Assembly: GCA_965219415.1 (NCBI GenBank)
Contig: OZ244742.1
Coordinates: 96,001-160,000, forward strand
Reading direction: 5' to 3'
Length of the DNA stretch: 64,000 bases
Source: Candidatus Marinacidobacterales bacterium
Lineage (GTDB): Bacteria > Acidobacteriota > Vicinamibacteria > Marinacidobacterales > DATDRI01
A program made the translations under genes and the position numbers. Shown here one piece after another: positions 50,253-61,236 of the stretch. The notes below the pieces were generated by a model that worked only from the letters and a program-made list of their open reading frames with translations, did no database searches and had not been told where the DNA came from. Position 1 is the stretch's first letter, and each line of letters starts with the position of its first letter.

Positions 50253-51686
50253 CTACTGAAGCCCAACCTGCCCGTTCACGGACTCGATGAGCTTCTGCGA
50301 ATCGTAACCCACGCCATCTTTGAAAACGGTTACTACCTGCCGAATATCAGTCGGCACCTGCACCGGATCTCCCTTGATCACCACCAAATCGGCCAGCTTG
50401 CCGGGCTCGACGCTTCCGATTTGGTCTTCGAGACCGAGCACCTTGGCGCCGTTGAGGGTCATGATTTGGAGGGTCTCCACCGGTGTGAACTCCGCCTCCA
50501 AGAGCAATTCGTAGTTTCTCTGATCCCCGAAGCCTGGGAGCGCACCACCGTTTCCGGTGGGATCCACACCCGCCGCCAGAAGCCCGCCCGCTTGCACGAA
50601 AGCGTACTCGAATGCCTGGGCACGCGGGAACAGCTGTTTCATGTTCGACTCTTCTGCCTCGGCTGCGATCTCTGCCCGCGCCGCGAGGTACTCCTCTCTC
50701 GCGCCCGGGGAGAGTGCCTGGAGGTTTCGATCCTCGAGCGGCGGACGGCCCGGTACGTAGAGCTCGTAGACCGCGAGCGTAGACGTCATCGCCACGCCGT
50801 TGTCCACCATGTGTCGGATCGTCGCTTGGACCTCGTCGCTGGATATGTCTAGATCTCGCAAGCTTTCTTCGAGATCGGTCGGGCACTCGTCGGCTTTCTT
50901 GGTGGCATGCCAATCACTGTTCGTGAAGAAGCCATGCTCCAGGTTGTCGATCCCGAGATCCACCGCCTCGGTAAAGGAGACCGAGCAAATGTGTCCTGTA
51001 AACTTGAGCCCGCGCTGGTGCGCTTCGTCGATAGCGGCGGCCAGCTCGGCGCGAGAGATGCGGGTATAGGCCTTGAACCATGTGGCGCCCTCTTCTGCCC
51101 AGTACGCAACCACGCGCCGGGCATCGTCGGGAGTAGAAACTTGCGCCATGGTGGCACCCGCCCGACCCGGCGCCGGTCCCGAGATGTAAGGGCCGGTGAT
51201 GTGCATGCGTGGTCCTACCGACTCGCCATCTTCGATGGAACGCTTCATGTTGATCTCACTGTAGGGAGAGAAGCTTCCGGTTGTTCGGATCGTCGTGACA
51301 CCACTGGCCAAGTAGAGCCGCGGAGAGCTCGTGTTCATCTGGGCCTCACGGCGGTTGGTCGTATAGAACGTATGGTCATGGAGCCCGACGATACCTGGAA
51401 TCACGGTGTGGCCCTTGAGATCCAAAACATCCGCGTCCTCAGGAATGCTGACTTGGGAGGATTGCCCTACTGCCGCGATCTCACCATCTTTGATGACGAT
51501 GGTCTGATCTTTTTTCGGGGCCGCCCCCGTTCCGTCGACCAGTTGCACATGAGTGAGCGCGATCGTTTTAGCATCGAAGCTAACGAACTCCTTCGCGTCC
51601 TCAGACAAAGAAGAAGCCGGTTGGGCAAACAAAGACCCCGACGACAACGAGGTAACCGTCGCGGCAATCAAGATTTGGCGTCGCAT
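50253..51686 (-). CDS. exported amidohydrolase
   Basis: PGIVGLHDH, LASGVTTIR, LEHG, GSVEPGKLADL. Confidence 0.88.
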   Translation of the reverse strand: MRRQILIAATVTSLSSGSLFAQPASSLSEDAKEFVSFDAKTIALTHVQLVDGTGAAPKKDQTIVIKDGEIAAVGQSSQVSIPEDADVLDLKGHTVIPGIVGLHDHTFYTTNRREAQMNTSSPRLYLASGVTTIRTTGSFSPYSEINMKRSIEDGESVGPRMHITGPYISGPAPGRAGATMAQVSTPDDARRVVAYWAEEGATWFKAYTRISRAELAAAIDEAHQRGLKFTGHICSVSFTEAVDLGIDNLEHGFFTNSDWHATKKADECPTDLEESLRDLDISSDEVQATIRHMVDNGVAMTSTLAVYELYVPGRPPLEDRNLQALSPGAREEYLAARAEIAAEAEESNMKQLFPRAQAFEYAFVQAGGLLAAGVDPTGNGGALPGFGDQRNYELLLEAEFTPVETLQIMTLNGAKVLGLEDQIGSVEPGKLADLVVIKGDPVQVPTDIRQVVTVFKDGVGYDSQKLIESVNGQVGLQ

Positions 51687-51696
51687 GAACTCCTCC

Positions 51697-53763
51697 TCAA
51701 TCCACTGTGAAAACGAGCTTCATACCCGCTTCCAAGTGCTCGGCGATGTGGCAATGGGCCATCCAACGCCCGGGATTCGAAAGCTCCAGAAGGATATCGA
51801 TCGTGGTGCCGACTGGCAAGAGCACGGTGTCTTTCCATACCCGGTTCTGGTTGGGCACTCCGTTTTGGGACAAGACGATAAACCGCTGGCCATGGATATG
51901 AAAGGGATGCTGCATGGCGTGGAAGGCGTCCCGATCGTTGGTCAGGCGTATCTTGACCACGTCTCCCACCTTGAATCGCCAATCAATGTCCATGTTCTCG
52001 AGGCTTGTTTTCGGATCCTGCAGAATCCAGTGCACTTCGGAGCTGGTGCTGACCCAGTTCATCATCGGCATCGTCCCGCCCCACTCCACCGGATTGAAAT
52101 AAACGCGGTCGACCCGCATCCGCTGCATCACGGCGGGAGGAAGGTCCTCGAGCGCCAGGGTGAGGACAAGTTCGTGATCCACCCCCCGCCCGAAATGCGC
52201 TTCGTATTGAGCAATGTCCGCAGCGACGTCAGCGTTCTCTCGAAGGGCTGAAAAGTTCGTCTCATGACCAATGGCCACCCCCTCGGTAGCCACGTGCACC
52301 TTTCCCAGCTCCTCGGTTTCAGCGAAGAAGTTGCCGAATGTATGGTTTAGTACTTGGACGCGGTTGTTCAGAAGATGTTGCCCAGCCTCTGCGAATCGTA
52401 CTTCCACGATATAGCGTTCAGCGGGCGCAATCACCACGGAGTCTGCCCACGTCTCCCGCTCGAACTTACCGAGATCCGAGCCCACGACCTTGATCGGCAA
52501 GTCACCGAAAGACAGGTTGAAGGTGCGTGTATTGGACACGTTGGTCAAGAAGAAGCGCACCACCTCTCCGCGTTTCACCGACAGCTGATAATCGGGCTCT
52601 CCATTGATAAGGAAGACGTTCCCGAATCTCCCCATCAGAGTGTGAGTGGCGTTTTCCTTGCCAAACGGAAAGAGACCGTCCTCGGTAACGAGAAGGTCGT
52701 CCAACATGAGGACCTCTTCTCGGTTGACCGGATTGAAGTAGGTAGGGCTCGGGGGCCGGACCAACAGGTTGCCGTAGAGTCCGAGGTCTTGCTGGATGTC
52801 CTCCCGGTGGTGTGGGTGGTACCAGTAGATTCCGGCATCTCGAAAGAAAATCCGATACTGGAATGTATCCCCGGGCTCTACCGGGTCCTGCGTCACCCCG
52901 GGCACACCATCGAACGGATTATCGAGACGCACGCCGTGCCAGTGGACGGTCGTTGAGCGCTCGGTGAGATTCGTGAAGTTGACGAAGATCGTGGAGTTCT
53001 GGGACACTTGGATCAATGGTCCCGGATACTGGCCATTGAACCCATACATGATGTACGTGTGCCCGTGGATACTCCGTCTCACGGGAGCGGCCACCAGGTC
53101 GAGCGTTTGCCCGTCCGCGAGCTTCACGAGCTCCCGAGGTCTTGCATCCGGCACCGCGTCGAGGTCGTCGACCCGAGGTAGATAAGGCTCCGAGCGCGGA
53201 CGAAGACCTTCCATTCCTGGAATCATCCTCACCATCGGATGCATCGGCGGATGGGTCCAGCCGTCACCACCATGGTGGGCCGCTCGGCTGGTAGGTTTGG
53301 CGGGGAGCATCAAGTGGCTATCCGGCATCATGTGGCTGCTCGGAGACATTCCTCTTAGAACGAGTCGTCCCTCGCGGTCTGCAACATCGGCAGAAGCTTC
53401 CGCCGAGACCATGATGGTGAACTTGTTGAACGCGACCTGCCCAACGCTCTCGTTCCAGCCGTTTTCGATCTCTCCGAGCTTCACCATCGGACTCAGCAGG
53501 GGCGTCGTGACCCATGCTACGTAGGCGGTGTAATCACCGAGCGTCGACGGCTCAGGGAGACCCTCGATTCTCAGGCTGACGTCGTAAACATGATGTCCTT
53601 CCCGCGTCACCGCCATTCCGAATGGAGACTGAACCCAGCCGAGCTCGACCACACCGCCCGCCCCGTGCATAGCGGGTGTCGGCAGAAGCTCGATGCTGTA
53701 CATCGAGGGATCGCCCGTCGCCTGTGCGGCCGCGACCGCCAGGGAGAGGAAGAAAAGGAGCAC
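51697..53763 (-). CDS. multicopper oxidase with an N-terminal extension
   Basis: HWHG, WYHPH, HPFHIHG, HCHIAEHLEAGM; Met/His-rich linker. Confidence 0.92.
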   Translation of the reverse strand: MLLFFLSLAVAAAQATGDPSMYSIELLPTPAMHGAGGVVELGWVQSPFGMAVTREGHHVYDVSLRIEGLPEPSTLGDYTAYVAWVTTPLLSPMVKLGEIENGWNESVGQVAFNKFTIMVSAEASADVADREGRLVLRGMSPSSHMMPDSHLMLPAKPTSRAAHHGGDGWTHPPMHPMVRMIPGMEGLRPRSEPYLPRVDDLDAVPDARPRELVKLADGQTLDLVAAPVRRSIHGHTYIMYGFNGQYPGPLIQVSQNSTIFVNFTNLTERSTTVHWHGVRLDNPFDGVPGVTQDPVEPGDTFQYRIFFRDAGIYWYHPHHREDIQQDLGLYGNLLVRPPSPTYFNPVNREEVLMLDDLLVTEDGLFPFGKENATHTLMGRFGNVFLINGEPDYQLSVKRGEVVRFFLTNVSNTRTFNLSFGDLPIKVVGSDLGKFERETWADSVVIAPAERYIVEVRFAEAGQHLLNNRVQVLNHTFGNFFAETEELGKVHVATEGVAIGHETNFSALRENADVAADIAQYEAHFGRGVDHELVLTLALEDLPPAVMQRMRVDRVYFNPVEWGGTMPMMNWVSTSSEVHWILQDPKTSLENMDIDWRFKVGDVVKIRLTNDRDAFHAMQHPFHIHGQRFIVLSQNGVPNQNRVWKDTVLLPVGTTIDILLELSNPGRWMAHCHIAEHLEAGMKLVFTVD

Positions 53764-53954
53764 GGCGGATTATTGTTTGGCCGATGTCTGGAGTCAAAGG
53801 TGGCCGTGCCGGAGCGCTGCGTAGCGGGAGGAGAGGTTGTTACCTTTAGTTACTCGGTCCGGGCCGAGTGCCGGCTCCGCAAGAACCGAGATCGCTGAGA
53901 AAAATAATTCACTTTTTTGCTTGACAGCTTATTCGCGGCGATATGAAAAATATG

Positions 53955-54077
53955 GCGGGTACGATCTGGAGTGGGCCTGTACGTGCGACAAACAAACGAT
54001 AGTCACGCTCGTTTGCTCAGATAGACTTCGAAAATGCCTCGATGCGTGCGCCTTCAACACGAGCGCGCACAGAGCGT
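53955..54077 (+). ncRNA. putative structured RNA upstream of the HNH gene (copy 2)
   Basis: Same three hairpins as copy 1; GTGCGC(54046-51)/GCGCGC(54063-68) replaces GTTTGC/GCGAAC. Confidence 0.4.
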
Positions 54078-54104
54078 CAAAAAAGTCCGTGCTATAAATG
54101 GCGG

Positions 54105-55309
54105 ATGAACCAAAAAAAAGAATTGAAATCGCTTTCCCGACTATCGGATGACGAGCTTCTTGTTCGACTGTCGAACGTTTTGAAACAGTCGCGGCGTGTC
54201 GAGTCGGTTCTCGTTGCGCATATCGCCGAAGTCGATGCACGCCGACTGTATGCCCGTGAAGCATCGTCATCGATGTTTCAGTATTGCGTCGATGTGTTGC
54301 ACTTGTCCGAGGCAGAAGCCTACCTACGCATAGCCGCCGCACGTGGGTCGCGCCGACATCCGGTGCTGCTGACGATGCTCGACGATGGGCGTCTTCACTT
54401 GAGCGGCATCGCGGTGCTGGCGCCGTATCTTACCACGTCAATTGCGAGGAGCTCTTGGCTCGAGCAACCCACAAGACCAAGCGCGAGCTCCTGGTGCTGG
54501 TGGCGGAGATTGCGCCGAAACCGGACGTCTCGCCCTCCATCCGGAAGCTTCCGAAGCGGCGACAGAAGCCGGAAAGCGAACAACGTACGTCCTGTGCCGA
54601 AAGTACTCCGTCCGGAAAGAGTCCAGCCCCTGAACCTGAGCCCGCCCCGGCTCCCGAAGCGGCTGACAAGCCTCCGGTCGTCGAGCCGCTGGCACCTGCG
54701 CGCTACAAAGTGCAGTTCACCGCGAGCGCCGAGCTTCACGACAAGCTCCAACGGCTCGCGGCGCTCATGCCGGGTGCCGACCTCGCTTCCATGCTAGAAG
54801 CGTCGGTGACGGAGAAACTCGAACGGCTCGAGGCCAGGCGCCTCGGCAAAGTCAAAAATCCGAGAAAGAGCCTCGAAGATGCCGACACCGTGCCGAGAGT
54901 GCGCGGAATTCCCGCTCCGGTGAGGCGTTTCGTGTCGGAGCGGGATCAGGCTCAATGCACGTTCGAGAGCAGCGAGGGTAGACGATGTCCCGGGCGCCTA
55001 GGGCTGCAATTCCATCACGACGACCCCTACGGGCTCGGCGGCGATCGAAGTGCCAACAACGTCAGACTTTTGTGTCGTCCGCACAATCTCTACATGGCGG
55101 AGATGGACTACGGCAAAGACAAGATGGAGCGGTACCGCCGTTCCGCCGACCGGGTCGGTGAACCGAAGCCGTCGTTTCTACTCTTTCCGGACAGAGTTCA
55201 AGAATCGCCGCCCCGGCAGTCGTTCGCGCGAGCCGGCGTCTGGCCTAGCTCAGATTTGGCACCCACGTTGAGGGGCCTCCAAAATCGAGCGCGGGCAAAC
55301 GCGCGCTGA
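54105..55309 (+). pseudogene. DUF222-like/HNH endonuclease (~400 aa) with one frameshift
   Basis: Helical N-domain, Pro-rich linker, RYKVQFTA, C-terminal C..C..FHH..P...GG...N..LLC..HN; 1-nt shift near 54435. Confidence 0.82.
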
Positions 55310-55429
55310 CAAGTTTGCTATTGCGGGGAGTTGCACTAGTAATCCGCCAGAATTAGGCCAACCGCTTGCCTCCGTCTTTCCTCTGGGGGTACCATCCTCG
55401 ACCTTAGCGATTTTCCGCGGAGGATCTCG

Positions 55430-56992
55430 ATGGCGCGCTCTGGTACTCTTCTTTCAATTATTCTCTCGTTGGGAGCGGCAGCCGCGGCGCAGGACGTGCG
55501 GTCCATACCCGACGTCCACGAGGCACGGCTCGACAATGGCCTGCGTATCCTGGTGCTCGAAGATCACTCGCAACCGCGGATCGCGTGCAAGATCCTCTAC
55601 CATTTCGGTGCGGTCGTGGAAGAGCCCGGGCGGCTGGGAAGTGCTCACTTTCTAGAGCACCTGCTGTTCAAGGGCACCGCTACGATCGGCACGGAAGATT
55701 GGAACGCGGAGCAGCCTCTGCTCAAGAAGATCTTCCGTCTCGAGGAGGAGCTACTTCAAGAGCGAAATCGATCCCGGCGTGAGCTCCGGCAACGCGGCGT
55801 CTTTCTCGACTATCAGCATCAAACGACGACTCCTCGGATCGAGGAGATCGAAGCGGAGCTCCGGCGGACCATCGACCAGCACGCTCCCCTGGTCGATACC
55901 TCCGAGATCGAGAGCTACTACCAGCGGGTGGGAGGGACGAGACTGACCGCGACCACCGAGCAAGAGTACATGAAGTTCGACATCAATTTGCCCACCGAGA
56001 AGCTCGAGATCTTCTTCCGTGTCGAAGCCGATCGCATGGTGAACAGCCAGTGGCGCCAGTTCGAGCCCGAGGCAATGATCCTTTGGGAGCAGCGACTCGG
56101 CGATTTGAACGGCCCGTCGACACCGTTCCGCGAAGCACTCGCCTCGGTGAGCGGCTTCATTTCTCCGATCTACTGGAACGAAGGCTATCCCTCCGACTTT
56201 CCGTTGCTCGATCGTCACTACACGCGCCATCTCTACGAGAAGTGGTTCGTTCCCAATAACACCATCTTGGTCTTCGTGGGGGACACGACCCTCGCGGAGG
56301 TTGAGCCGCTCACGGAGCGCTATTTCGGATCGATGCCGCGCGCCACCGAGACTCATGACACGCTCGCGGTCGAACCGGCCCACGAAGAGACCATCCGTGT
56401 CGAGATGACGACGCCTCACTACGGGCCAGTCATTGATCTGCGACACCGGATACCCGGAGTCGGGCATCCCGATCGCCCCGCGGTGGAGCTTCTGCGTGAA
56501 ATCGTGGGAGCACGGGACGGGCCGGTAGGAGAAGCGACCGTTGAGGCAGGGCTCGCCACGTCGATCTCGGCGAATACTGTCGTCACCCACACCGATCGCT
56601 TCAGTTTTCCGGGAACGTTGAACATCGTGGTCCAAGCGAAGAGGAACGAAGAGCTACCAGCGCTCGAAAAGACTCTTCTTGCATCTGTCGAGGAGATTTC
56701 GAAGACGCTCATAGATGCCCGGACCATCGAGTTGGCCAAGAAGCAACGCCGAGTCTACTGGGAGCGGCGCCGACTCAACTGGGACGACGTGGCCTTTGAC
56801 CTCGGCCACTACGAGATCATGGACTCCTGGAAGACACTCTACCGAGAAATGGATGGAGTTCAACAGGTCACCGCGGAAGACCTCCGACGCGTCGCGCAGA
56901 AGTACTTCATCGACTCGAATCGCATCATCGGTGTGGCACGTCGTGGTCGCGCGGAGACGGTGTCGACCACTGAGTCTGGAGGCCGGCGATGA
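55430..56992 (+). CDS. M16 family zinc peptidase, catalytic subunit
   Basis: Signal peptide, LDNGLRIL, AHFLEHLLFKGT. Confidence 0.88.
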   Translation: MARSGTLLSIILSLGAAAAAQDVRSIPDVHEARLDNGLRILVLEDHSQPRIACKILYHFGAVVEEPGRLGSAHFLEHLLFKGTATIGTEDWNAEQPLLKKIFRLEEELLQERNRSRRELRQRGVFLDYQHQTTTPRIEEIEAELRRTIDQHAPLVDTSEIESYYQRVGGTRLTATTEQEYMKFDINLPTEKLEIFFRVEADRMVNSQWRQFEPEAMILWEQRLGDLNGPSTPFREALASVSGFISPIYWNEGYPSDFPLLDRHYTRHLYEKWFVPNNTILVFVGDTTLAEVEPLTERYFGSMPRATETHDTLAVEPAHEETIRVEMTTPHYGPVIDLRHRIPGVGHPDRPAVELLREIVGARDGPVGEATVEAGLATSISANTVVTHTDRFSFPGTLNIVVQAKRNEELPALEKTLLASVEEISKTLIDARTIELAKKQRRVYWERRRLNWDDVAFDLGHYEIMDSWKTLYREMDGVQQVTAEDLRRVAQKYFIDSNRIIGVARRGRAETVSTTESGGRR

Positions 56993-57717
56993 GCGCGCGG
57001 AGCATTTTAGTTGCGGTGGCCCTCTGGGCTTCCATGGCAGAGGCGCAGGTCGAGCGTCTCGCCTTCGAGGATCCCGACGTCGTGGTCTTTGGACCCTCAC
57101 GCTTCAGCTTGCCCGATCCGGGCGATCACCGCGACGAGTTGGGCGAGGGACTCGTGGCCTACGTGGCAGAAGATCCGACCACGGCCACGGTCGAGCTGAC
57201 GGCGCTCATTGGAGCCTCCCAGTTGGACGACCCGGCGGGTAAGGAAGGATTAACGGAAGCCATCGTGTACGCGATGACGAACGCCGGTTCGAAAGGGCTG
57301 GCAAGCGGTGTACTCGCCGAGAAGCTCTACGCGATGGCGGCCGAGCTCGATGCAAGTGTGGACAACGAGCATACACGGCTCCGTCTGTCGCTCCTGACGG
57401 AGGATCTCGATGACGGCCTTGCGCTCTTCGCCGCACTTCTCCGGGAACCACGCCTGGATGCAGAGACCTTGGAAGTCTACCGTCGCCCCAGACCGACGCA
57501 CGGTTGGAACGAGGACGATCCCCGACAACGGGCGGCGGCGGAGTTTCCTGCGATCCTTTACGGCGATCACCCGCGGGAAGACGCGCTACGGAGGCAAGTC
57601 TCAAGGCATTGACGGTCCGGGACCTCTAGGCGTTCCATCGCGATCCGAAACGCCGAGCATCCGCAGTACAAGGCGAAGCTCGAAGATTTTGGTGAGGTCA
57701 TCGTCCACGCCCAATGA
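56989..57717 (+). pseudogene. M16 peptidase partner subunit, frameshifted and internally deleted
   Basis: DPAGKEGL, LYGDHP, then a shift to ATEASLKALTVRDL*AFH and an abrupt C-terminus LEDFGEVIVHAQ*. Confidence 0.7.
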
Positions 57718-57780
57718 GGGGAATCGGAGCGGCGAACCTCCCAGGGAAGGTCTTGTCCGGACAAGTTTCTTTGCAGTCCA

Positions 57781-58510
57781 CTATTTGTCTGTCGGGACGA
57801 GGCGCTTCAGTTCCTCGAACCAGTTGAGGACGACACGGAGCTGGGTCACCCGTTCACTTGGCTGCTCGGTCACCTCGAGCATTAGAAACCGCCCGTCGGC
57901 AGCGACATCGTAACTTCTGAGGGGGAAGGTCCATTCGTATCGGTCCTCCTCGAAAAGCATGCGGGGCTTTCCAGCAATAAATGCCGGGTCCTCGCCCCGG
58001 GACCGGGATACGGCTGGACGTAGACCTCGGGCCGGTCAGACTCATCGGAAGTGTACGCCAGCCAACGACCGTCAGGTGAAAACGTCGCGTATTGTTCCCC
58101 GAACCGCGTTTGGACGAAGGGCCTCGGTTCATGCTCGGCGTCGTCGAACGGCAGCACCCAGATATCCGCACCGGTTGTAGGAGAGTCCTCTAAGAAGGCA
58201 AGCGCCTTGCCGTCCGGGGACCACGAGGCGGCGGTTTGGTAGTTCTCGCTGGTCGTGAGCCGTTCGAGGCCGCTACCGTCCGGCTGCGCCCAAAAGAGGT
58301 TCGCCGGTCCACCCGTCGTCGACGCGAAAGTGATCTGCTTACCATCCGGCGACCAAACGGCACTCTGGTTCGCTCCTTCAAACGTCATCCGGGTACGTGT
58401 GCCACGAGAGATATCGTAGACAAAAATGTTGTGCTGCTCGCCTTCGTGAATGGGCACGGCCACTCGCCGGCCATCGGGCGAGAGCCGGGGGTCAGAGGCA
58501 TCGCCGACAA
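57781..58510 (-). pseudogene. PD40 beta-propeller C-terminus typical of kinase-propeller proteins; 5' part missing
   Basis: SPDGRR, WSPDGK, FSPDGRWLAYTSDES and terminal VVLNWFEELKRL; internal deletion ~57990. Confidence 0.8.
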
Positions 58511-58582
58511 ATCTACGACCTGATGAACTGAAAAGCAAGAATTGCCTTTCCGATGGAAGTTTTTGTGACAGGCTACTTATCT

Positions 58583-59966
58583 GGGTCTACGCGGATTCGT
58601 GTGGGTTGAAAACTGCATTTCTGGGTAATGGCGGAAGGAAAGTCGCCACGATCTTCAGCTTGAGATATTCCTCGTCGCGATAGCCGTAGGCGCGTCGTTG
58701 CAGAACACGGATTTTGTTGTTGACCCCTTCAACTAGGCCGAGACTGACTTTGTTCTCCGGATGACAGTAGGAGGCGATACCATCCCAATGGGGCTCAATC
58801 ATACCGGCGAACTTCTGGTACGGATGCAGGCGTTGCCATTTGAGGCTGTCTTTCCAACGAGTGAAAAAGGCGCGAGCGCCGCGTTCGGTGCGGTAATCCC
58901 AGAGTTGCCCGAAGACCTCCTTCAAAATATAGGCGGTGTTCAGGCGCCGGTTGGCCTGGAGCAACTTTTTGAGTGCGCGGCGACCGTCTAGGCTCAGGTT
59001 CTCCCGCCGGGAAAGCAAAGTGTAACGCTGCCCCTTGATGTACGACCGGTCCTTGCCGCTGAGGCGTTTGTACTCACCGCGCCGGACCTCATCGAAGGCC
59101 TTTGACAGATGACGCATGATATGAAACTTGTCGAAGATGATCCGCGCATTAGGCGCGTTGTGAATCACCGAGTTCCGGAAGGGCTTCCACGTATCCATGG
59201 CGGCCAGCTTGATACGGGCGCTTTTCTTTCCGCCCGGCGCCTTGAAGAACAAATCGATGTCGGTTTCTTTGCGACCCTCACCGCCCACCCAGATGGGACG
59301 CGCCCGCTCCAGGTCGCTGACAATGACGCGATAGTTATGTCCCTTGCGGATGGAGATCTCATCGACACCGATGGCCCGAGGCGCCGGTAGCCCCGCCCGG
59401 TCGACCTGCTCTTGCATGTAGAGCGTATCCAGAGCCTTCACCGTACCGTGGTGCAGACGTTCCATCTCGGCCACCGCCTTGTTCGGCATATCCCGGCACA
59501 GCTTGCCCACATGCGTCGCAAAACGCTGGGTGTAGCGCGAGTTGTTCGCCAGCCAGTCTAGGTGTTCTACATGCACACCGCCGCACCCAGAACAGTTGAC
59601 GCGCCAACGCTCGTATTCCAGATAGATCCGCCAGCCTGCCAACGACAGGTCGCGGACCCGGCACACTTGCTTGTCATAGCGCCCCCGGCACCGTTGCCCA
59701 CAGTAAGAGCACACAGCTGTTTTTTTCGCCTCTTGAGCTGGATGACGCGGGCGTATCGGTCACCGAATAGACCCTTCAATCCGGCACCAACCACGAAACC
59801 TGGCAGCGCAAACAGCGAGCGGATCGACTGGGAATTTTTCACTCGGCTAGCCTATCCTAAAAATGGACCACTTTTCAGCACCTGATGAAGTACTCGATAC
59901 CTTTTCCACACAATGAGTTACACTGTTTTTCCGTCAGAACTTACCCACACGAATCCGCGTAAACCC
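58583..59966 (-). mobile_element. ISL3-family insertion sequence
   Basis: 24-bp IRs GGGT(C/T)TACGCGGATTCGTGTGGGT; 8-bp TSD ACTTATCT at 58575-58582 and 59967-59974. Confidence 0.93.
58587..59842 (-). CDS. ISL3 transposase in two overlapping frames
   Basis: Zn finger CSYC...CSGC, GVDE, AMD, DKFH, EGVNNKI..QRRAYGY; the frame changes at an A-run (T-run ~59720-59727 on +). Confidence 0.88.
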
Positions 59967-60126
59967 ACTTATCTCAACGGTTTTGTTACGAACCGAAACA
60001 ATCAAGTAACCTATCCCCGAAATACGGTCATCGGAAACGAGCCATGGCAATGTAGTTTGGCTATAATGCCGATTGATCGGGCATCAAAGAAATCAAAAAC
60101 TTGAATTAAGGTTTGGGAGAAAACGA

Positions 60127-61236
60127 ATGCAAATCAGACCCTTTCTCTTGGATCAGTGGCTCGAGGAGTACGAACACGTTCCTTACAACCTAGCCGTGAG
60201 TACGGGACCGGCGTGGACGGTAAGAGGACTTCTGGAGCTCATGACACCCGGCGAGAAGGAGCATTTCCTGAATGGCCGGGTGTCCTACACGACTGCCGAT
60301 GGCACCGAAACGCTGAGGGAGGCGCTAGCGGAGATGGAGGGTGTCCAACCGGAAGACATCCAGATCGTTACCGGTGCCTCCGAAGCTCTCCACGTCCTTT
60401 TCTTCATGACCGCATCACCCAACGCCAATATCGTCGTGCCGAGTCCGTGTTTTCCGACCTTCACCGAGCTGCCGGATGCACTGGGCGTCGAGCCCCGCAC
60501 GTACGAGCTACGACCCGAGAACGACTTTCGAATCGATGTCGATGAAGTGAAGCGGCTAGTGGACGATAATACGAAGCTCGTTCTCGTTAACTCCCCGCAC
60601 AATCCAACGGGTGCGATCGTAAGCCCGGACACGCTGCGCGAGCTCCACGACTTCGTCGTCGGTCGCGAAATCCAATTTGTCGTCGACCAGGTCTACCACC
60701 CCATCTACTACGATGCCGACTTCCCTTCCGCCACGGTGCTCCCCCATGCCACGATCCTTGGCGACTTCTCCAAGGCCTTTAGCCTCAGCGGTCTCCGCGT
60801 CGGTTGGTTCGTCGAGCGGGACAAGGCGCGCCGAGAACGGTACTGGAACACGCGCGCCTACTTCACGATCAGCAACAGCTCGGTGAGTGAAGCACTCGCT
60901 GAAACCGCAGTTCGAAACCGCGAGAGGCTTTTCACCCAAGCCAAAGCGATCGCCACCACGAATCTGGCACTCCTCGACAGGTTTTTCGAAGAGCAAAAGG
61001 ATGTACTCGGTTGGGTGCGCCCGGGGGGCGGCTTCACTGCGTTTCCGAACCTGGTCAACGGCGAAGATGCCCGGCCCATGTGCAAGGCGGCGGCCGAGCG
61101 CGGTGTCTTGTTGGCCCCGGGAGACTGCTTCGGCTACCCGCCCCACTTTCGATTGGGCTTCGGAGCCTGTGACGACGGGTTTCCGCAAGCGCTCGAGGTG
61201 CTCACGGATGTCTTGACCGAGGTGAAATCGCATTGA
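60127..61236 (+). CDS. PLP-dependent aminotransferase class I/II
   Basis: NSPHNPTG, DQVY, SKAFSLSGLRVGW, FRLGF; TATAAT at 60062-60067. Confidence 0.9.
   Translation: MQIRPFLLDQWLEEYEHVPYNLAVSTGPAWTVRGLLELMTPGEKEHFLNGRVSYTTADGTETLREALAEMEGVQPEDIQIVTGASEALHVLFFMTASPNANIVVPSPCFPTFTELPDALGVEPRTYELRPENDFRIDVDEVKRLVDDNTKLVLVNSPHNPTGAIVSPDTLRELHDFVVGREIQFVVDQVYHPIYYDADFPSATVLPHATILGDFSKAFSLSGLRVGWFVERDKARRERYWNTRAYFTISNSSVSEALAETAVRNRERLFTQAKAIATTNLALLDRFFEEQKDVLGWVRPGGGFTAFPNLVNGEDARPMCKAAAERGVLLAPGDCFGYPPHFRLGFGACDDGFPQALEVLTDVLTEVKSH

Larger units (their letters stand above)
53866..55309 (+). mobile_element. HNH-endonuclease repeat element, copy 2 (full length)
   Basis: Homologous to 2592-3410 from GAGTGC through ...GAATCGCCGCCCC (55214). 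Confidence 0.75.
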
